Shown here: positions 1 to 11,700 of the stretch, piece by piece
Position numbering within the stretch: position 1 is the first letter of the stretch
Layout: every line of letters begins with the position of its first letter
Origin: Verrucomicrobiota bacterium
GTDB taxonomy: Bacteria > Verrucomicrobiota > Verrucomicrobiia > Limisphaerales > Palsa-1400
Assembly: GCA_049510745.1 (NCBI GenBank)
Contig: JBEKYR010000014.1
Coordinates: forward strand, 50,669-114,668
Reading direction: 5' to 3'
Length of the DNA stretch: 64,000 bases
The notes under the pieces: model-generated
Databases searched by the model: none
Told to the model about the DNA's origin: nothing
Seen by the model: only the letters and a program-made list of their open reading frames with translations
Position numbers and translations under genes: made by a program

Positions 1-1
1 A

Positions 2-823
2 ATCAACGCCTCCACCACCAACTCCGCCTCCAGCCTTTTCGGTCTGGCCCAACAGGGCATCACCCCCAATTCCGCCGGCGTCAACACCCTCCCCGGCGCC
101 GGCCTCTACACCGTCGTCGGCAACGATTTCTCCGCCACCTTGCGGGCCATCTCCGAAGTCGGGAAGGTCGAAGTCCTCTCCCGCCCCACCGTGCTGGCCC
201 GCAACAATCAGCAAGCCACCATTGTCGTCGGCCAGGAGGTTCCTCTCATCACCGGCGTCACTTATGACACTTTTGGCAACGAGCACAACGCCATCTCCTA
301 CCAGAACGTCGGCATCATCCTCCAAGTCACACCGTTCATCACCTCCGACAACATGGTCGAGATGATCCTGGCGCCGCAAATCTCGGAGGTCGATCCCAGC
401 CACTCCCAGGCCATCGCTTACACCACTAACGGCCAGGCCATCACCGCCCCGTATATCGACATCCGTTCCGCCAACACGGTGGTCGTCACGCCCGACGGCC
501 AGACCGTGGTCATCGGCGGCTTGATGCAAAACAGCCGCTCCAGCACCGACAGCAAAATTCCCATTCTGGGGGACATCCCGCTCCTGGGCGCGTTGTTCCA
601 TCACAAACTCCAATCCGACACCAAGACCGAGTTGATTATTCTGCTCACTCCCTACGTGGTCAAGACGCCGTCCGACCTGGCCCGGATGAGCGCCGACGAG
701 CGTGGCCGGGCGCAACTGGCGCCCAAGGCCTTCTCCCAGGCCGAGTTGAACCAATACCTGGAAGGCGGACAAAGCAAACCACCGCCCCCGGCCGCCCCGT
801 CCGGCTCCCCCCATGCCCGATAA
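2..823 (+). CDS. gspD: Type II secretion secretin (GspD/PulD family), C-terminal part; 5' end lies outside the window
   Basis: The frame is open from position 2. Secretin motifs are present: VLSRPTVLARNNQQATIVVGQEVP, DGQTVVIGGL, KIPILGDIPLLGALF, KTELIILLTPYVV. Confidence 0.85.
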   Translation: MNASTTNSASSLFGLAQQGITPNSAGVNTLPGAGLYTVVGNDFSATLRAISEVGKVEVLSRPTVLARNNQQATIVVGQEVPLITGVTYDTFGNEHNAISYQNVGIILQVTPFITSDNMVEMILAPQISEVDPSHSQAIAYTTNGQAITAPYIDIRSANTVVVTPDGQTVVIGGLMQNSRSSTDSKIPILGDIPLLGALFHHKLQSDTKTELIILLTPYVVKTPSDLARMSADERGRAQLAPKAFSQAELNQYLEGGQSKPPPPAAPSGSPHAR

Positions 824-836
824 AAAGAATTGACTC

Positions 837-2279
837 ATGATGACTCGCCGTGGATGGGCTGTTTATGGTGTGCTGGCGGCCGTGTGGGTCGCCCTGATTG
901 CCTGGCAGACAGGCGAGCACGTCCGCGTCCGCAAAGCGCTCCACGATAATCTCATCGATCGGGGCCGCGCGAAAACGACGGCCTGCGGCAAGCTCATGCG
1001 CTCGCCCCGCTTTTCCCCGGGCATCATCAACCGGGAACGGCTCGAAGGCGGCCTCAGTGTCCTGGTCGATACCAATGAGCTTCGCTCGGTCGAACTGCTC
1101 AACAATTCCGACGAGGTGGTCGCCTCCGCCGGGCCGCCCATCAAGTTGCCGCCGCCCAGCGACTTTGAGGGCGGCGTCTATTGGGGCGACGACACCGCCA
1201 TTCTGAAGTATCCGATTGAATTGGGAACCAACATGGTGGCCGAACTGGTCATCCCCTCCGCGGAGTTGCTTTCCATGCGCACCAATCGTTTGGCCGCCGC
1301 CGGCATCAACCCGGACGACCGCCCGCCCTTCGCCCCCGACCAGCCCCCCCGCCGGGTGGATTTTCGCACCGAGCGTCCTTACTGGATGAAGGAGGAAGAT
1401 TACAGGGCGCTGATCAACACCAAGAGCGCTCACACCTTTGTCGTCGTCTTGTCCGCCCAGCCCGTCCTGGCCGCCCAGCGCGATGATTTCTGGATGCGCG
1501 TGTTCATTGCCATGATGGGCACGGTGGCCGTCGCCGGCTACGGCCTGGCGTGGCGCAGCCTGGTCAAAACGTCCGAGCTGCAATTGCGCCTGGTCCGCGC
1601 CAGCGAACAGAACCTGCACCTCAAGGAAATGAACATCGCCGCCGCCGGCCTGGCCCATGAAACCCGCAACCCTCTCAACATCATTCGCGGCCTGGCCCAA
1701 CTCATCTCCAAACACGAGGAGGCCGCCCCTGAAATCCGCGCCAAGTCCCGCGACATCATTAACGAAACCGACCGCGTCACCGCCCAACTCAACGGCTTCA
1801 TCAACTACTCCCGTCCCCGCGAAGTGCGCCGCGCCCCCACCGACCTCGGCGCCGTCGCCGCCGAAGTCGCCCGCGCCCTCAATTACGACCTCGAGGAGAA
1901 GAAAATCCAGCTCGAAGTCCTGGTCGAATCCATGGTCATCGAAGCCGACGAACAACTGCTGCGCCAGGCCCTCTTCAACCTCGTCCTCAACGCCGTGCAA
2001 GCCGTGCCCCCCCAGGGCGTCATTCGCATCCGCGCCAGCCGGCGCACCAACGAGGAAGCCTTCATCGAAATCTCCGACAACGGCCCCGGCGTGCCCGCCG
2101 AGCATCGCGCCGAGATTTTCAAACCCTACTTCACCACCCATGCCGAGGGCACCGGCCTGGGTCTGGCCGTCGTCCAGCAAATCGTCCTGGCCCACGGCTG
2201 GGAGATCGAGTGCCTGGCCAACCAGCCCGCCGGCGCGCTCTTTCGCATTTCGCACGTCAAGCTTAAGATGAAGGAGTGA
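837..2279 (+). CDS. Membrane sensor histidine kinase
   Basis: Two TM segments; H-box AHETRNPL, N-box NLVLNAVQA, G1 DNGPG, F-box IFKPYFTT, G2 GTGLGL. Confidence 0.93.
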   Translation: MMTRRGWAVYGVLAAVWVALIAWQTGEHVRVRKALHDNLIDRGRAKTTACGKLMRSPRFSPGIINRERLEGGLSVLVDTNELRSVELLNNSDEVVASAGPPIKLPPPSDFEGGVYWGDDTAILKYPIELGTNMVAELVIPSAELLSMRTNRLAAAGINPDDRPPFAPDQPPRRVDFRTERPYWMKEEDYRALINTKSAHTFVVVLSAQPVLAAQRDDFWMRVFIAMMGTVAVAGYGLAWRSLVKTSELQLRLVRASEQNLHLKEMNIAAAGLAHETRNPLNIIRGLAQLISKHEEAAPEIRAKSRDIINETDRVTAQLNGFINYSRPREVRRAPTDLGAVAAEVARALNYDLEEKKIQLEVLVESMVIEADEQLLRQALFNLVLNAVQAVPPQGVIRIRASRRTNEEAFIEISDNGPGVPAEHRAEIFKPYFTTHAEGTGLGLAVVQQIVLAHGWEIECLANQPAGALFRISHVKLKMKE

Positions 2280-3655
2280 AGAAAGTGTCCAACGACGTTT
2301 CCATCGGCCCGCGCGCGCCACGACTCCTGATTGTCGATGACGACGCCGGCCAGCGCAGCCTGCTGGATTCCTTTCTCAGCAGCCAGGGCTTCGAAACCGT
2401 CCCGGTCTCCTCCGGCGAACGCGCCCTCGAAATCCTGCGCGAACAGGAAATCAACATGATGATCTCCGACGTGCGCATGCCCGGCCTGACCGGCCTGGAA
2501 ACCCTCCGCCTGGCCCGCCAGCAACACGGCTCTTTTCCCATTCTTTTGGTCACCGCCTACGCCGATGTCCGCGACGCCGTCGGCGCCATGCGCGACGGCG
2601 CTGTCAATTATCTTTCCAAACCGATTGACCTGGACGAATTGCTCGCCTCCGTCCGCCAGGCCACCGGCCTGTCCCGGCGCGTGCCGCTCAAATTCGACGC
2701 CGGCAAGCAATTGCCCTCCAACATCGTCGCCGCCAGCCCCCTCATGCAGGCCCTTTTCCGCGACGTCTCCCTCATCGCCGCCTCCGAAAGCCGCGTGCTC
2801 ATCACCGGCGAAAGCGGGGTGGGCAAGGAAGTCGTGGCCGATGTCATCCACACTTGGAGCGCGCGGGCCGCCGGAAACCTGGTCAAGGTCAACTGCGCCG
2901 CCATTCCCGAAACGTTGCTGGAGAGCGAACTTTTTGGGCACGAAAAAGGCGCCTTTACCGGCGCAGTCGCCCAGCGCATTGGCCGCTTCCAGATGGCCGA
3001 CGGCGGCACGATTTTCCTGGATGAAATCGCCGACATGGCCCAGCAGCTTCAGGCCAAATTGTTGCGCGTCGCCCAGGATGGCCGTTTCCAGCGCATTGGC
3101 TCGAACTCCGAAATCCACGTCAACGCCCGCATCCTCGCCGCCACCAACCGCAACCTGGAGGAGGAAGTCAAAGCCGGCCGTTTCCGCGAGGATTTGTTTT
3201 ACCGGCTCAACGTGGTGGAACTGACCGTGCCCCCGCTGCGGGAACGGCGCGAGGACATTCTCCCGCTGGCCAATCAATTGCTGGCCGGGTTCACCCAGGG
3301 CCGCGCCCGTCTCTCTTCCTCCGCCGCCGCCTCTCTGGAGGCTTACTCCTGGCCCGGCAACGTCCGCGAACTGGCCAACGCCATGGAACGCGCCGCCTTG
3401 TTGTGCCGCGGCGATCTCATTGTGCCCGAACACCTGCCCCCCCGCATCCAGTCTGGCGCCCGTCCCGGTGCCGCGCTGGAATCGGCCGACGCCGGCAAGC
3501 TCGAGGAAGTCGAAGCGCAAGCCGTTCTCCAGGCCTTGCGCAAGAACGATTTCAACCGCACCGCCACAGCCAAGGCCCTGGGCATCAGCCGTCGCGCGAT
3601 GATCTACAAACTCCAGCGCCTGCGCGAGCTTGGCCACAACGTCGATGCCCCGTAG
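2276..3655 (+). CDS. Sigma54-dependent response regulator (NtrC/AtoC family)
   Basis: Receiver domain (LIVDDD, SDVRMPG), Walker A GESGVGKE, GAFTGA motif and C-terminal Fis-type HTH. Overlaps the kinase stop codon. Confidence 0.95.
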   Translation: MKKVSNDVSIGPRAPRLLIVDDDAGQRSLLDSFLSSQGFETVPVSSGERALEILREQEINMMISDVRMPGLTGLETLRLARQQHGSFPILLVTAYADVRDAVGAMRDGAVNYLSKPIDLDELLASVRQATGLSRRVPLKFDAGKQLPSNIVAASPLMQALFRDVSLIAASESRVLITGESGVGKEVVADVIHTWSARAAGNLVKVNCAAIPETLLESELFGHEKGAFTGAVAQRIGRFQMADGGTIFLDEIADMAQQLQAKLLRVAQDGRFQRIGSNSEIHVNARILAATNRNLEEEVKAGRFREDLFYRLNVVELTVPPLRERREDILPLANQLLAGFTQGRARLSSSAAASLEAYSWPGNVRELANAMERAALLCRGDLIVPEHLPPRIQSGARPGAALESADAGKLEEVEAQAVLQALRKNDFNRTATAKALGISRRAMIYKLQRLRELGHNVDAP

Positions 3656-3682
3656 TCCGCGTCCCCCGGGGATTCCTGATCT

Positions 3683-6600
3683 ATGAAAAGAACAGTCCTG
3701 GCACTGCTGGCAATAGCTGCCATCGCTGGTTGCATGCTGAGTCCGGACGGGATGAAAGGCGCCGACGATATGGCCCAGGGGTTTGCCAATCCGCCCTCTT
3801 CCGCCCGTCCGTGGGTTTATTGGTTTCCGCTCGACGGAAACATCACCAGCAACGGCATCACCGCCGATCTGGAGGCGATGAAACGGGTCGGGATTGGCGG
3901 CGTGCTCTACATGGAAACAGACCAAGGCGCGCCAGAGGGGCCGGCCCGATTCGCGGGACCTTTGTGGCGCGACCTCTTCAAACATATCTGCTCGGAAGCG
4001 CGCCGCCTGGGCTTGGAGGTGAACATGAACAACGACGCCGGCTGGTGCGGCAGCGGCGGCCCTTGGATCACGCCGGAGCTGTCGATGCAGCGGGTGGTTT
4101 GGACCGTGACCAATGTGTCCGGGCCGCTGGTTTTCACCGGGACCCTCCCCCAGCCCGAAGCCAAATTGAATTTCTATCGCGACATCGCCCTGCTCGCCTT
4201 CCCCACACCCGCAATCAGTTACCTGATACCGAACATTGGCGACAAGTCGGCCGAAGGGTCGGGGGAGATTCCGCTTCACACCGTTTTTGCGGCGCTGCCT
4301 TCGGAGGCGGTCATTCCGCGCGACCGCATCGTGGACCTCACGGCGCGCCTTGGGGAGGGTGGCCGTCTGGTCTGGGACGTGCCGGCAGGCCGTTGGACGC
4401 TCTTGCGCCTCGGACATACGACCACTGGAGTGGAGAACCACCCCGCCCCGCCCGGCGGCTTGGGATTGGAGAGCGACAAGTTGAGCAAGGAGGCGTCCGA
4501 CGCGGCGTTTGCCGGCCTGATGGCCAAGGTCATTGCTGACTCCAAATCGCTGGCGGGCAAAGGCAAGACGCTGGTTTCAACTCATATCGACAGTTGGGAA
4601 ACCGGCTCCCAGAATTGGACCCCGCGTTTCCGCAGGGAGTTCAAGCGGTTGCGCGGTTACGACCCGCTGCCTTTCTTGCCGGTGATGACTGGGCGGGTGG
4701 TGGACAATTTGGAAGTTTCCGAACGGTTCCTCTGGGACGTTCGCAAAACGGTGGACGATCTGCTGCTGGAGAATTACGCCGGCCAATTCCATAAATTGGC
4801 CAACCGCCGCGGCCTGCGGCTTTCCATCGAAGCTTACTTTGGCGAGCCTGCGGAGGACATGGCTTACGCCGGGCGCGCCGACGAGCCAATGGGCGAATTC
4901 TGGTCGTGGACCAGATATGGCGCCGCCAGCAGTTGCACCGAGATGGCTTCGGCGGCCCATATTTATGGCAAGCCCATTTTGGGCGCCGAAGCCTTCACCG
5001 CCACTGACGGCGAAAAATGGCAGGGGTATCCCGGCTCGATCAAAGAACTGGGCGACTGGGCCTTCTGCGAAGGGATCAATCGTTTCGTCTTCCACCGCTA
5101 TGCCCTTCAACCGTGGACCAATCCCGACCGCCTTCCCGGCATGTCCATGGGACCGTGGGGGCTTCATTACGAGCGCACTCAAACTTGGTGGGAACAGTCC
5201 AAGGCGTGGCACGAATATCTGGCCCGCTGCCAGTTCATGCTCCGGCAGGGGCTTTTCGCGGCCGACCTCTGTTTTCTTGAGCCGGAAGCGTCCCCACAGG
5301 GTTTTCACTCGCCAGTCAAATCCGGCTACGACCGTCCGGGTTACGGTTTTGACGGCTGCACGGCGGAAGTTGTGCTCACGCGCATGTCGGTCAAAGCCGG
5401 ACGGCTTGTATTGCCCGACGGCATGAGCTACCGGATGCTGGTGTTGCCCAAGGTCGGAACGATGACTCCGCGTCTGTTGGGCAAGATCAAGGAGTTGGTC
5501 GCCGCCGGCGCCACCGTTGTGGGCGCGCCGCCGGTGAAATCGCCCAGTCTGAGCGATTATCCCAAGTGCGACGACGAGGTGAAAAGACTGGCTGGCGAGT
5601 TGTGGGGAACAGGCGAACCGCCGGAGCAAGCCACCGGGCGTCCCTTTGGCAAAGGCAAAATCATCTGGGGTGGAGAGTTCCGGCTCGATCCCGAACCCAC
5701 GCCGCAACCCGTCAGTCAACTCAGTTCAGGGAAATGGATTTGGCGCGCGGAAGGTAATCCCGCGGAAGCCGCGCCGCCAGGCGCCCGTTACTTCCGCCGC
5801 CTTCTGACCGTCGAGGCCGCAAGCCCCATCTCCTCCGCCCGGCTGGAGATGACCGCCGATAATTCTTTCCAGTGCTGGGTCAATGGCCAGAGCGCCGGCA
5901 GCGGAGACGACTGGAACCGGATCGTTTCCATGGACCTCACCCACCTGCTCAAACCGGGCGCGAACCTGCTCGCGGTGGCCGCCGTCAACGGCGGAGACCA
6001 TCCCAACCCAGCCGGCCTCATCGGATTGCTGAGCATCAAATACGCCGACGGACGTTCTCAGGAAATCCCCACCGACCAGAGATGGGAGGCGGCGGAAAGC
6101 GCGAGCCGCCAATGGATTTCCGACGCGACCGCATCCGACGGATGGGCCGCCGCGATGGAACTCGGCCCCCTGGGCATGTCACCTTGGAACTATCCCGCCA
6201 TGAGTCTCGGCAACCCGGACTCCATTCCTGACATCGATTCTCTTTGCCGCCTGTTGGCCGCGATGAGGGTGCCGGCGGACTTCAGCTTTCAGGCCGCGGA
6301 CGCCTCGCCATGCCTGCGCTTCATCCATCGCGTCGCCGGTGGCACGGACCTCTATTTTGTCGCCAATAAATACCCGCGCCCGGAGGACGCCTTGTGCTCC
6401 TTCCGCGTTTACGGTCGCCGTCCGGAATTATGGCGGCCGGATACAGGGCGCATCGAAAGAGCCGCAGCCTATGACGAGCAAGACGGCTGCGTCCGCCTCC
6501 CTGTTCGTTTCGATCCGAATGGTTCGGTCTTTGTTGTATTCCGCGACGGCGCGCCGGTGGAGGAGGACCGGATTACCGCGATGAGCTGCGACGGCGCGCC

Positions 6601-7360
6601 TCTCCTGACCACCGCTTTGGCCGAGTCCGCTTATGTCTCAGCCACCCGCGGGCGGTCCGAGGCAGTGGAACTGACGCGAGATCAGAGCGGACGCGTGGCA
6701 GCCGAAGTCTCGCGGCCGGGCAAGTATGAGATGGCGTCCGCCGACGGTCGAACCCGGCGATTCGAGTTGGCCTTCGTGCCTCAGCCCATCGAAATCACCG
6801 GACCGTGGGACTTGCGCTTCCCTCCAAACTGGGGAGCGCCGGAACACGTCACACTCGACCGGCTGATCTCATGGAGTGACCATCCCGACGCCGGCGTGAA
6901 GTACTTTTCCGGCGCCGCCACTTACTGCAAGACGATTCAGGTCCCGGCCAGCCTGATCGAGGGGAATCGCCGGTTTTATCTGGACCTCGGCGAGGTGGCT
7001 GTCATCGCGCAAGTCAAGCTCAACGGCCAGGACCTCGGCATCCTCTGGAAAGCGCCCTATCGCGCTGATGTCACCGGCGTTCTCCGGCCGGGGGACAACG
7101 ATCTGGAGATCAAGGTCGTCAACCTTTGGATCAACCGCCTCATCGGCGACGAGCAATTGCCGGAGGACAGCGAGCGCAACAGCAACGGCACGCTCAAGCA
7201 GTGGCCGGAGTGGCTTGGGAAGGGCCAGCCCAGCCCAACCGGGCGCTTCACCTTCACCAGTTGGCGGCTTTGGCACAAGAACGATCGATTGGTTGAATCC
7301 GGACTGCTTGGCCCGGTGACCCTGCAAACATCGGCAATAGTCACTGTTGCCGCCCAATAG
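3683..7360 (+). CDS. Glycoside hydrolase family 106 (alpha-L-rhamnosidase-like), exported, possible lipoprotein
   Basis: Motifs FANPPSSARPWVYWF, ITADLEAMKRVGIGG, HIDSWE, GAEAFT, GINRFVFH and C-terminal SGLLGPV. N-terminal signal with AIAGC. Confidence 0.88.
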   Translation: MKRTVLALLAIAAIAGCMLSPDGMKGADDMAQGFANPPSSARPWVYWFPLDGNITSNGITADLEAMKRVGIGGVLYMETDQGAPEGPARFAGPLWRDLFKHICSEARRLGLEVNMNNDAGWCGSGGPWITPELSMQRVVWTVTNVSGPLVFTGTLPQPEAKLNFYRDIALLAFPTPAISYLIPNIGDKSAEGSGEIPLHTVFAALPSEAVIPRDRIVDLTARLGEGGRLVWDVPAGRWTLLRLGHTTTGVENHPAPPGGLGLESDKLSKEASDAAFAGLMAKVIADSKSLAGKGKTLVSTHIDSWETGSQNWTPRFRREFKRLRGYDPLPFLPVMTGRVVDNLEVSERFLWDVRKTVDDLLLENYAGQFHKLANRRGLRLSIEAYFGEPAEDMAYAGRADEPMGEFWSWTRYGAASSCTEMASAAHIYGKPILGAEAFTATDGEKWQGYPGSIKELGDWAFCEGINRFVFHRYALQPWTNPDRLPGMSMGPWGLHYERTQTWWEQSKAWHEYLARCQFMLRQGLFAADLCFLEPEASPQGFHSPVKSGYDRPGYGFDGCTAEVVLTRMSVKAGRLVLPDGMSYRMLVLPKVGTMTPRLLGKIKELVAAGATVVGAPPVKSPSLSDYPKCDDEVKRLAGELWGTGEPPEQATGRPFGKGKIIWGGEFRLDPEPTPQPVSQLSSGKWIWRAEGNPAEAAPPGARYFRRLLTVEAASPISSARLEMTADNSFQCWVNGQSAGSGDDWNRIVSMDLTHLLKPGANLLAVAAVNGGDHPNPAGLIGLLSIKYADGRSQEIPTDQRWEAAESASRQWISDATASDGWAAAMELGPLGMSPWNYPAMSLGNPDSIPDIDSLCRLLAAMRVPADFSFQAADASPCLRFIHRVAGGTDLYFVANKYPRPEDALCSFRVYGRRPELWRPDTGRIERAAAYDEQDGCVRLPVRFDPNGSVFVVFRDGAPVEEDRITAMSCDGAPLLTTALAESAYVSATRGRSEAVELTRDQSGRVAAEVSRPGKYEMASADGRTRRFELAFVPQPIEITGPWDLRFPPNWGAPEHVTLDRLISWSDHPDAGVKYFSGAATYCKTIQVPASLIEGNRRFYLDLGEVAVIAQVKLNGQDLGILWKAPYRADVTGVLRPGDNDLEIKVVNLWINRLIGDEQLPEDSERNSNGTLKQWPEWLGKGQPSPTGRFTFTSWRLWHKNDRLVESGLLGPVTLQTSAIVTVAAQ

Positions 7361-7388
7361 AAATCGGCGTCCGTGCCGTTCGCAAAAC

Positions 7389-8783
7389 TCAAAGCGGAGT
7401 GTTCCAGCCGCCGCCCAACGCCTTGTAAAGCTGCACCGTCGCCAGCAGTTGATTGAGCAGCGTCCGGGTCAAGGCGTCTTGCGCGGGGAAAAGTTGCTGC
7501 TGTTCTTGCAGCAATTCATAGTAGTTGGCCTGGCCGCCGAGGTAGCGCTGGCTGGCCACTTGCACGGCTTCCTGGTAGGCGGCAACGGCGCGCGCTTGCT
7601 CGAGACGTTCCCGGGCCAGTTGCTCGCGCGCCGCCAGGGCGTTGGCCACTTCCCCCAAGGCGTTCAAGACGGTGGCTTGATATTGCAGGCGGGCCTCGTC
7701 CCACTGGGCGCGCGCCTGGCGCAACTGGCCCTTGAGCATTCCGCCTTCGAAGATCGGCCCGGTCAATTCGGCCGCCGCCTCCCAGGCGTTGGCGGAGCCG
7801 GAAGTGAGCGTGGAAAGTTCCGGGCTGACCTGCCCGAAGAGCGCCGTCAGACTCAGGCGCGGGTAAAAATCCGCCTGGGCCACTCCGACGCGCGCGTTGG
7901 CGGAGCGCATCAGTTGTTCGGCCTGGCGAATATCGGGCCGCCGCTCCAGCAGCGCGGAGGGCAGCCCGGGCGGCACGTCCGGCAGCCGTTGGTCCTCAAG
8001 CGCGGCCCGCCCGCGCGCGACGGGTCCGGGCGGCAGGCCGAGCAAAATGCGCAGTTGGTTTTCCTCAACTGCGATCTGCCGCCGCAATTCGGGGATGGCC
8101 GCCGCCGCCGCCGCCAGCGCGGCCCGGGCCGAGGCGGTCTCGAGTTTGGAGGAAACCCCGCCGCTCAGGCGCTGGCTGAATATCGCCAGGCTTTGCGCGA
8201 ACGAATTGGTGCTCTCCTGGGCGATCGACAACTCTTTGTCCAGCGCCAGCAGTTGAAAGTAAGCGCCCGCTACCTCGGCAATCAGGCTGAGGGTCACGTT
8301 GCGGCGCGCTTCCTCGGTGGCCAGGTACTGGGCGCGGGCCGATTCGTTCAGCCGGCGGATGCGCCCCCACAGGTCGATTTCCCACGAAACAGAGCCGTCG
8401 AATCCAAGGGAAGTTCCCGCCGGGCCGCCGTTGTTGCTGGGCGCGCCGGCCGTGACATTTCTCCCCGCCCCCGCCCCCGCTTCATACGCCGCCTGGGGCC
8501 AGTAGAGAGACCGGTTCTGCGCCAGGACGGCCCGCGCTTCCACGACCCGCGCCACCGCCAGGCGTAAATCATAATTATTGGTCAGCGCGGTCTGGATCAA
8601 CTCCCGCAGGGCCGGGTCCTGAAACAACTCCGGCCACGGCGCGTCCCCCAGCGAATTGGTCCGCGCGCCCTCGTCGCCGCGGAAGGAGGCGGGCGGCCGG
8701 GCGTCCGGCCTTTTGTAGTCGGGGCCGACGACGCAACCCGCGGCGAAAAGCACGCAAAGGAGGAAGGGACAAAAGCGGCTCAC
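7389..8783 (-). CDS. RND efflux outer-membrane factor (OprM/NodT family lipoprotein)
   Basis: Lipobox FAAGC-VVGPDY, SWEIDLWG, LLERRPDI, LYKALGGGW. Confidence 0.93.
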   Translation of the reverse strand: MSRFCPFLLCVLFAAGCVVGPDYKRPDARPPASFRGDEGARTNSLGDAPWPELFQDPALRELIQTALTNNYDLRLAVARVVEARAVLAQNRSLYWPQAAYEAGAGAGRNVTAGAPSNNGGPAGTSLGFDGSVSWEIDLWGRIRRLNESARAQYLATEEARRNVTLSLIAEVAGAYFQLLALDKELSIAQESTNSFAQSLAIFSQRLSGGVSSKLETASARAALAAAAAAIPELRRQIAVEENQLRILLGLPPGPVARGRAALEDQRLPDVPPGLPSALLERRPDIRQAEQLMRSANARVGVAQADFYPRLSLTALFGQVSPELSTLTSGSANAWEAAAELTGPIFEGGMLKGQLRQARAQWDEARLQYQATVLNALGEVANALAAREQLARERLEQARAVAAYQEAVQVASQRYLGGQANYYELLQEQQQLFPAQDALTRTLLNQLLATVQLYKALGGGWNTPL

Positions 8784-11700
8784 GTTTTTTCCGCCTCCTT
8801 TTTCCCGGCGCGGCGCGAGAGGCGTTCGACCACGTAGTAATTGACCGGGATGATGAAAATGCCCAGCAAGGTCGAGCCGAGCATCCCGCCAATGACGACG
8901 GTGCCGAGGGTTTCGCGCGAAATCCCCCCCGAGCCCGTGGCGAACCAGAGCGGAAGGCAGCCGAAGACAAAGGCGAAGGAGGTCATGAGGATGGGCCGCA
9001 GGCGGATGCGGGCGCCGGTCAGCGCCGCCTCGGCGAGGGATTTGCCGCGTTCGACTTCCCTCTTGGCAAATTCCACAATCAGGATCGCGTTTTTGGCCGA
9101 CAGCCCGATCAGCACGATCAACCCGATCTGCACATAGACATTATTCTGGAAGACATTATTCTGGAAGCGGCGCGCCCACATCGCCAGAAACGCCCCCAAA
9201 ACGGCGACCGGCGTGCTGATCAAGACGCTGAAGGGCAGCGACCAGCTTTCATAGAGCGCCGCCAGGATGAGAAAGACAAAGACAAGCGACAGGCCGAAGA
9301 CGGCGGCGCGCGGGACGCCTTGGGCGGCCTGCTGTTCCTGGAAGGACATCCCGAAATAGTCGTATCCCATCCCGCCGGGCATGGTCTGGGCAAAAACCGC
9401 TTCCAGGGCCTTGGTCGCCTGGTCCGAACTGTAGCCCCTGGCGGCGTTCCCGTTGATCTGCGCGCACCGGTACTCGTTGTAGTGCATGACGAACTCCGGG
9501 CCTGTCCGATGCTTGACAGTGACCAGGGCCGAGAGCGGAACGCTCTGGCCCCGGCGATTGCGGACGTAGAACAACCCCAGGTTGTCGGCGCTGGAGCGGT
9601 AGAGGTCCTCCGCCTCGACATAGACCTGCCACTGGCGGCCGAAACGATTAAAATAGTTGACAAAATAGCCGCCCAGGAACGTTTGCAGCGTCTGGTACAC
9701 CTCGCCCAGATCGACCCCTTGTTTGAGGGCCTTGTCGCGGTCCACGTCGATGAACACCTGCGGGACGCTGGGCAGGTAGGAGGTGCTCAGGCCGGACAAT
9801 TCGGGGCGTTTGGCCGCCGCCTCCATGAATTTGCCCAGGTTTTCGGTCAGGAACGCGGGGTCCTTGCCGAGCCGGTCTTCCAAAATGAAGGTGAAGCCGC
9901 CGGCGGTGCCGACCCCGGGAATGGCCGGGGGCGGAAAGGCGAAGGCCCTGGCCTCCGGCAGCGCCGCCAACTCGTCGTTGATCCGCGCGCGAATGGCGTC
10001 GAATTGATCGGCCGCCGCCGTGCGTTTGTCCCACGGCTGCAAAGTGACAAAGAACAAGGCGTTGTAGGTCGTTTGCGCCTGGCTCAGCAGGCTGAATCCC
10101 AGCACCGTCGAGTAATACTTGATGCCGGGTATCTGCTTCAGGATGGTTTCGATCTTTTTGCAAACGGCGTCTGTCCGCGGCATGGCCGCGGCGTTGGGCA
10201 GTTGGACGTTGATGTACATGTAGCCCTGGTCCTCCTCGGGCAGGAAAGAGGACGGCAGTTTGTATCCGGCCAGCACCGCCAGGAGGGCCACGCCGGCCAG
10301 CAGCACCAAACTGAGCACGCTCCGCCGAATCAGCAGGTCGCTCCAATGCACGTAGCCGTGCCTGGCCCGGCCAAAAACGCGGTTGAACCAGTCGAAGAAC
10401 CACGTCAGCGGACTGTGCGTTTGGCCTCTTGGCTTGAGGATCAGGGCGGAGAGCGCGGGGCTGAGGGAGAGGGCGTTGAAAGCCGAAAAGATCACCGAAA
10501 TGGCGATGGTCAGCGCGAATTGCTGGTAAAGCCGCCCCGTGATGCCCGGAATGAAAATTGTCGGCACAAAGACCGCCGTCAATATCATGGCGATGGCCAC
10601 CACCGGCCCGGATACCTCCGACATCGCTTTGAACGCCGCATCCTTGGGCGTCATTCCTTCCTCGATGTGGCGCTCGACCGCCTCGACCACAATGATGGCG
10701 TCATCGACCACCAACCCGATGGCCAGCACCAGGCCGAAGAGCGAGAGGGTGTTGATGGAAAACCCAAAGACGGGAAAGAGGGTGAAGGTGCCGATGAGCG
10801 AGACCGGCACCGCCAGCATGGGGATGAGGGTGGCCCGCCAGCCCTGCAAAAAGATATATACTACAAGAATCACCAGCAGCATCGCCTCCCACAGCGTGGT
10901 CATGATCTCCTCGATGCCGCGGCTCACGGCCAGCGTCGTGTCCAGCGACACGGCGTAGTCCAGGTCGCGCGGAAACTGCTTTTTGAGCTCCTGCAGCAAG
11001 TCCTTGACTCCGTTGGCGGCATCGAGGGCATTGGAGCCGGGCAACTGGTAAATGGCCATGACGGCGGCCGGACGCCCATTGAAGCGGCCGACGATGCTAT
11101 AGAGCTGGGCGCCCAGTTCGATGCGGGCGACATCCTTGAGCCGCACGACCGAGCCGTCGGAGTTCTCGCGGACGACGATGTCGCCAAACTGCTCGGGCGT
11201 GACCAGCCGCCCCTGGGCGGTGGCGGCGTAGGTAAACTCCTGCGACGCCATCGAGGGGGGGCCGCCAATCTGGCCGACGGGATTGACGGTGTTCTGGCTG
11301 CCGACGGCGTTGATGACATCACTGACTGTCAAGTTGAGTTTTGCCAATTGGTCCGGCTTGACCCAAAAGCGCATGGCGTACTGGCCGGCGCCAAAAACAT
11401 TGATGTTCGAGATGCCCTTGACCCGCGTGATCTGGTCCACCAGGTTGATATAGGCGTAGTTGGCCAGAAAGGTGGCGTCGTAAGTCCCCTCGGGCGAATA
11501 GAGCGCCACCAGCAACATGGGCGTGGTCGGCGATTTGAGGATCGACACCCCGTAATTCTGCACCGCCGCCGGCAGTTGCGGCCCCGCCTGCGCCTCGCGC
11601 AATTGGGTCAGCATCTGGTCGATATTCGGATCGGTTTTGACATCGAAATTGACCACCATGCGCATGACGCCGTTGTTGGCGTTGATGGAATACATGTAAT

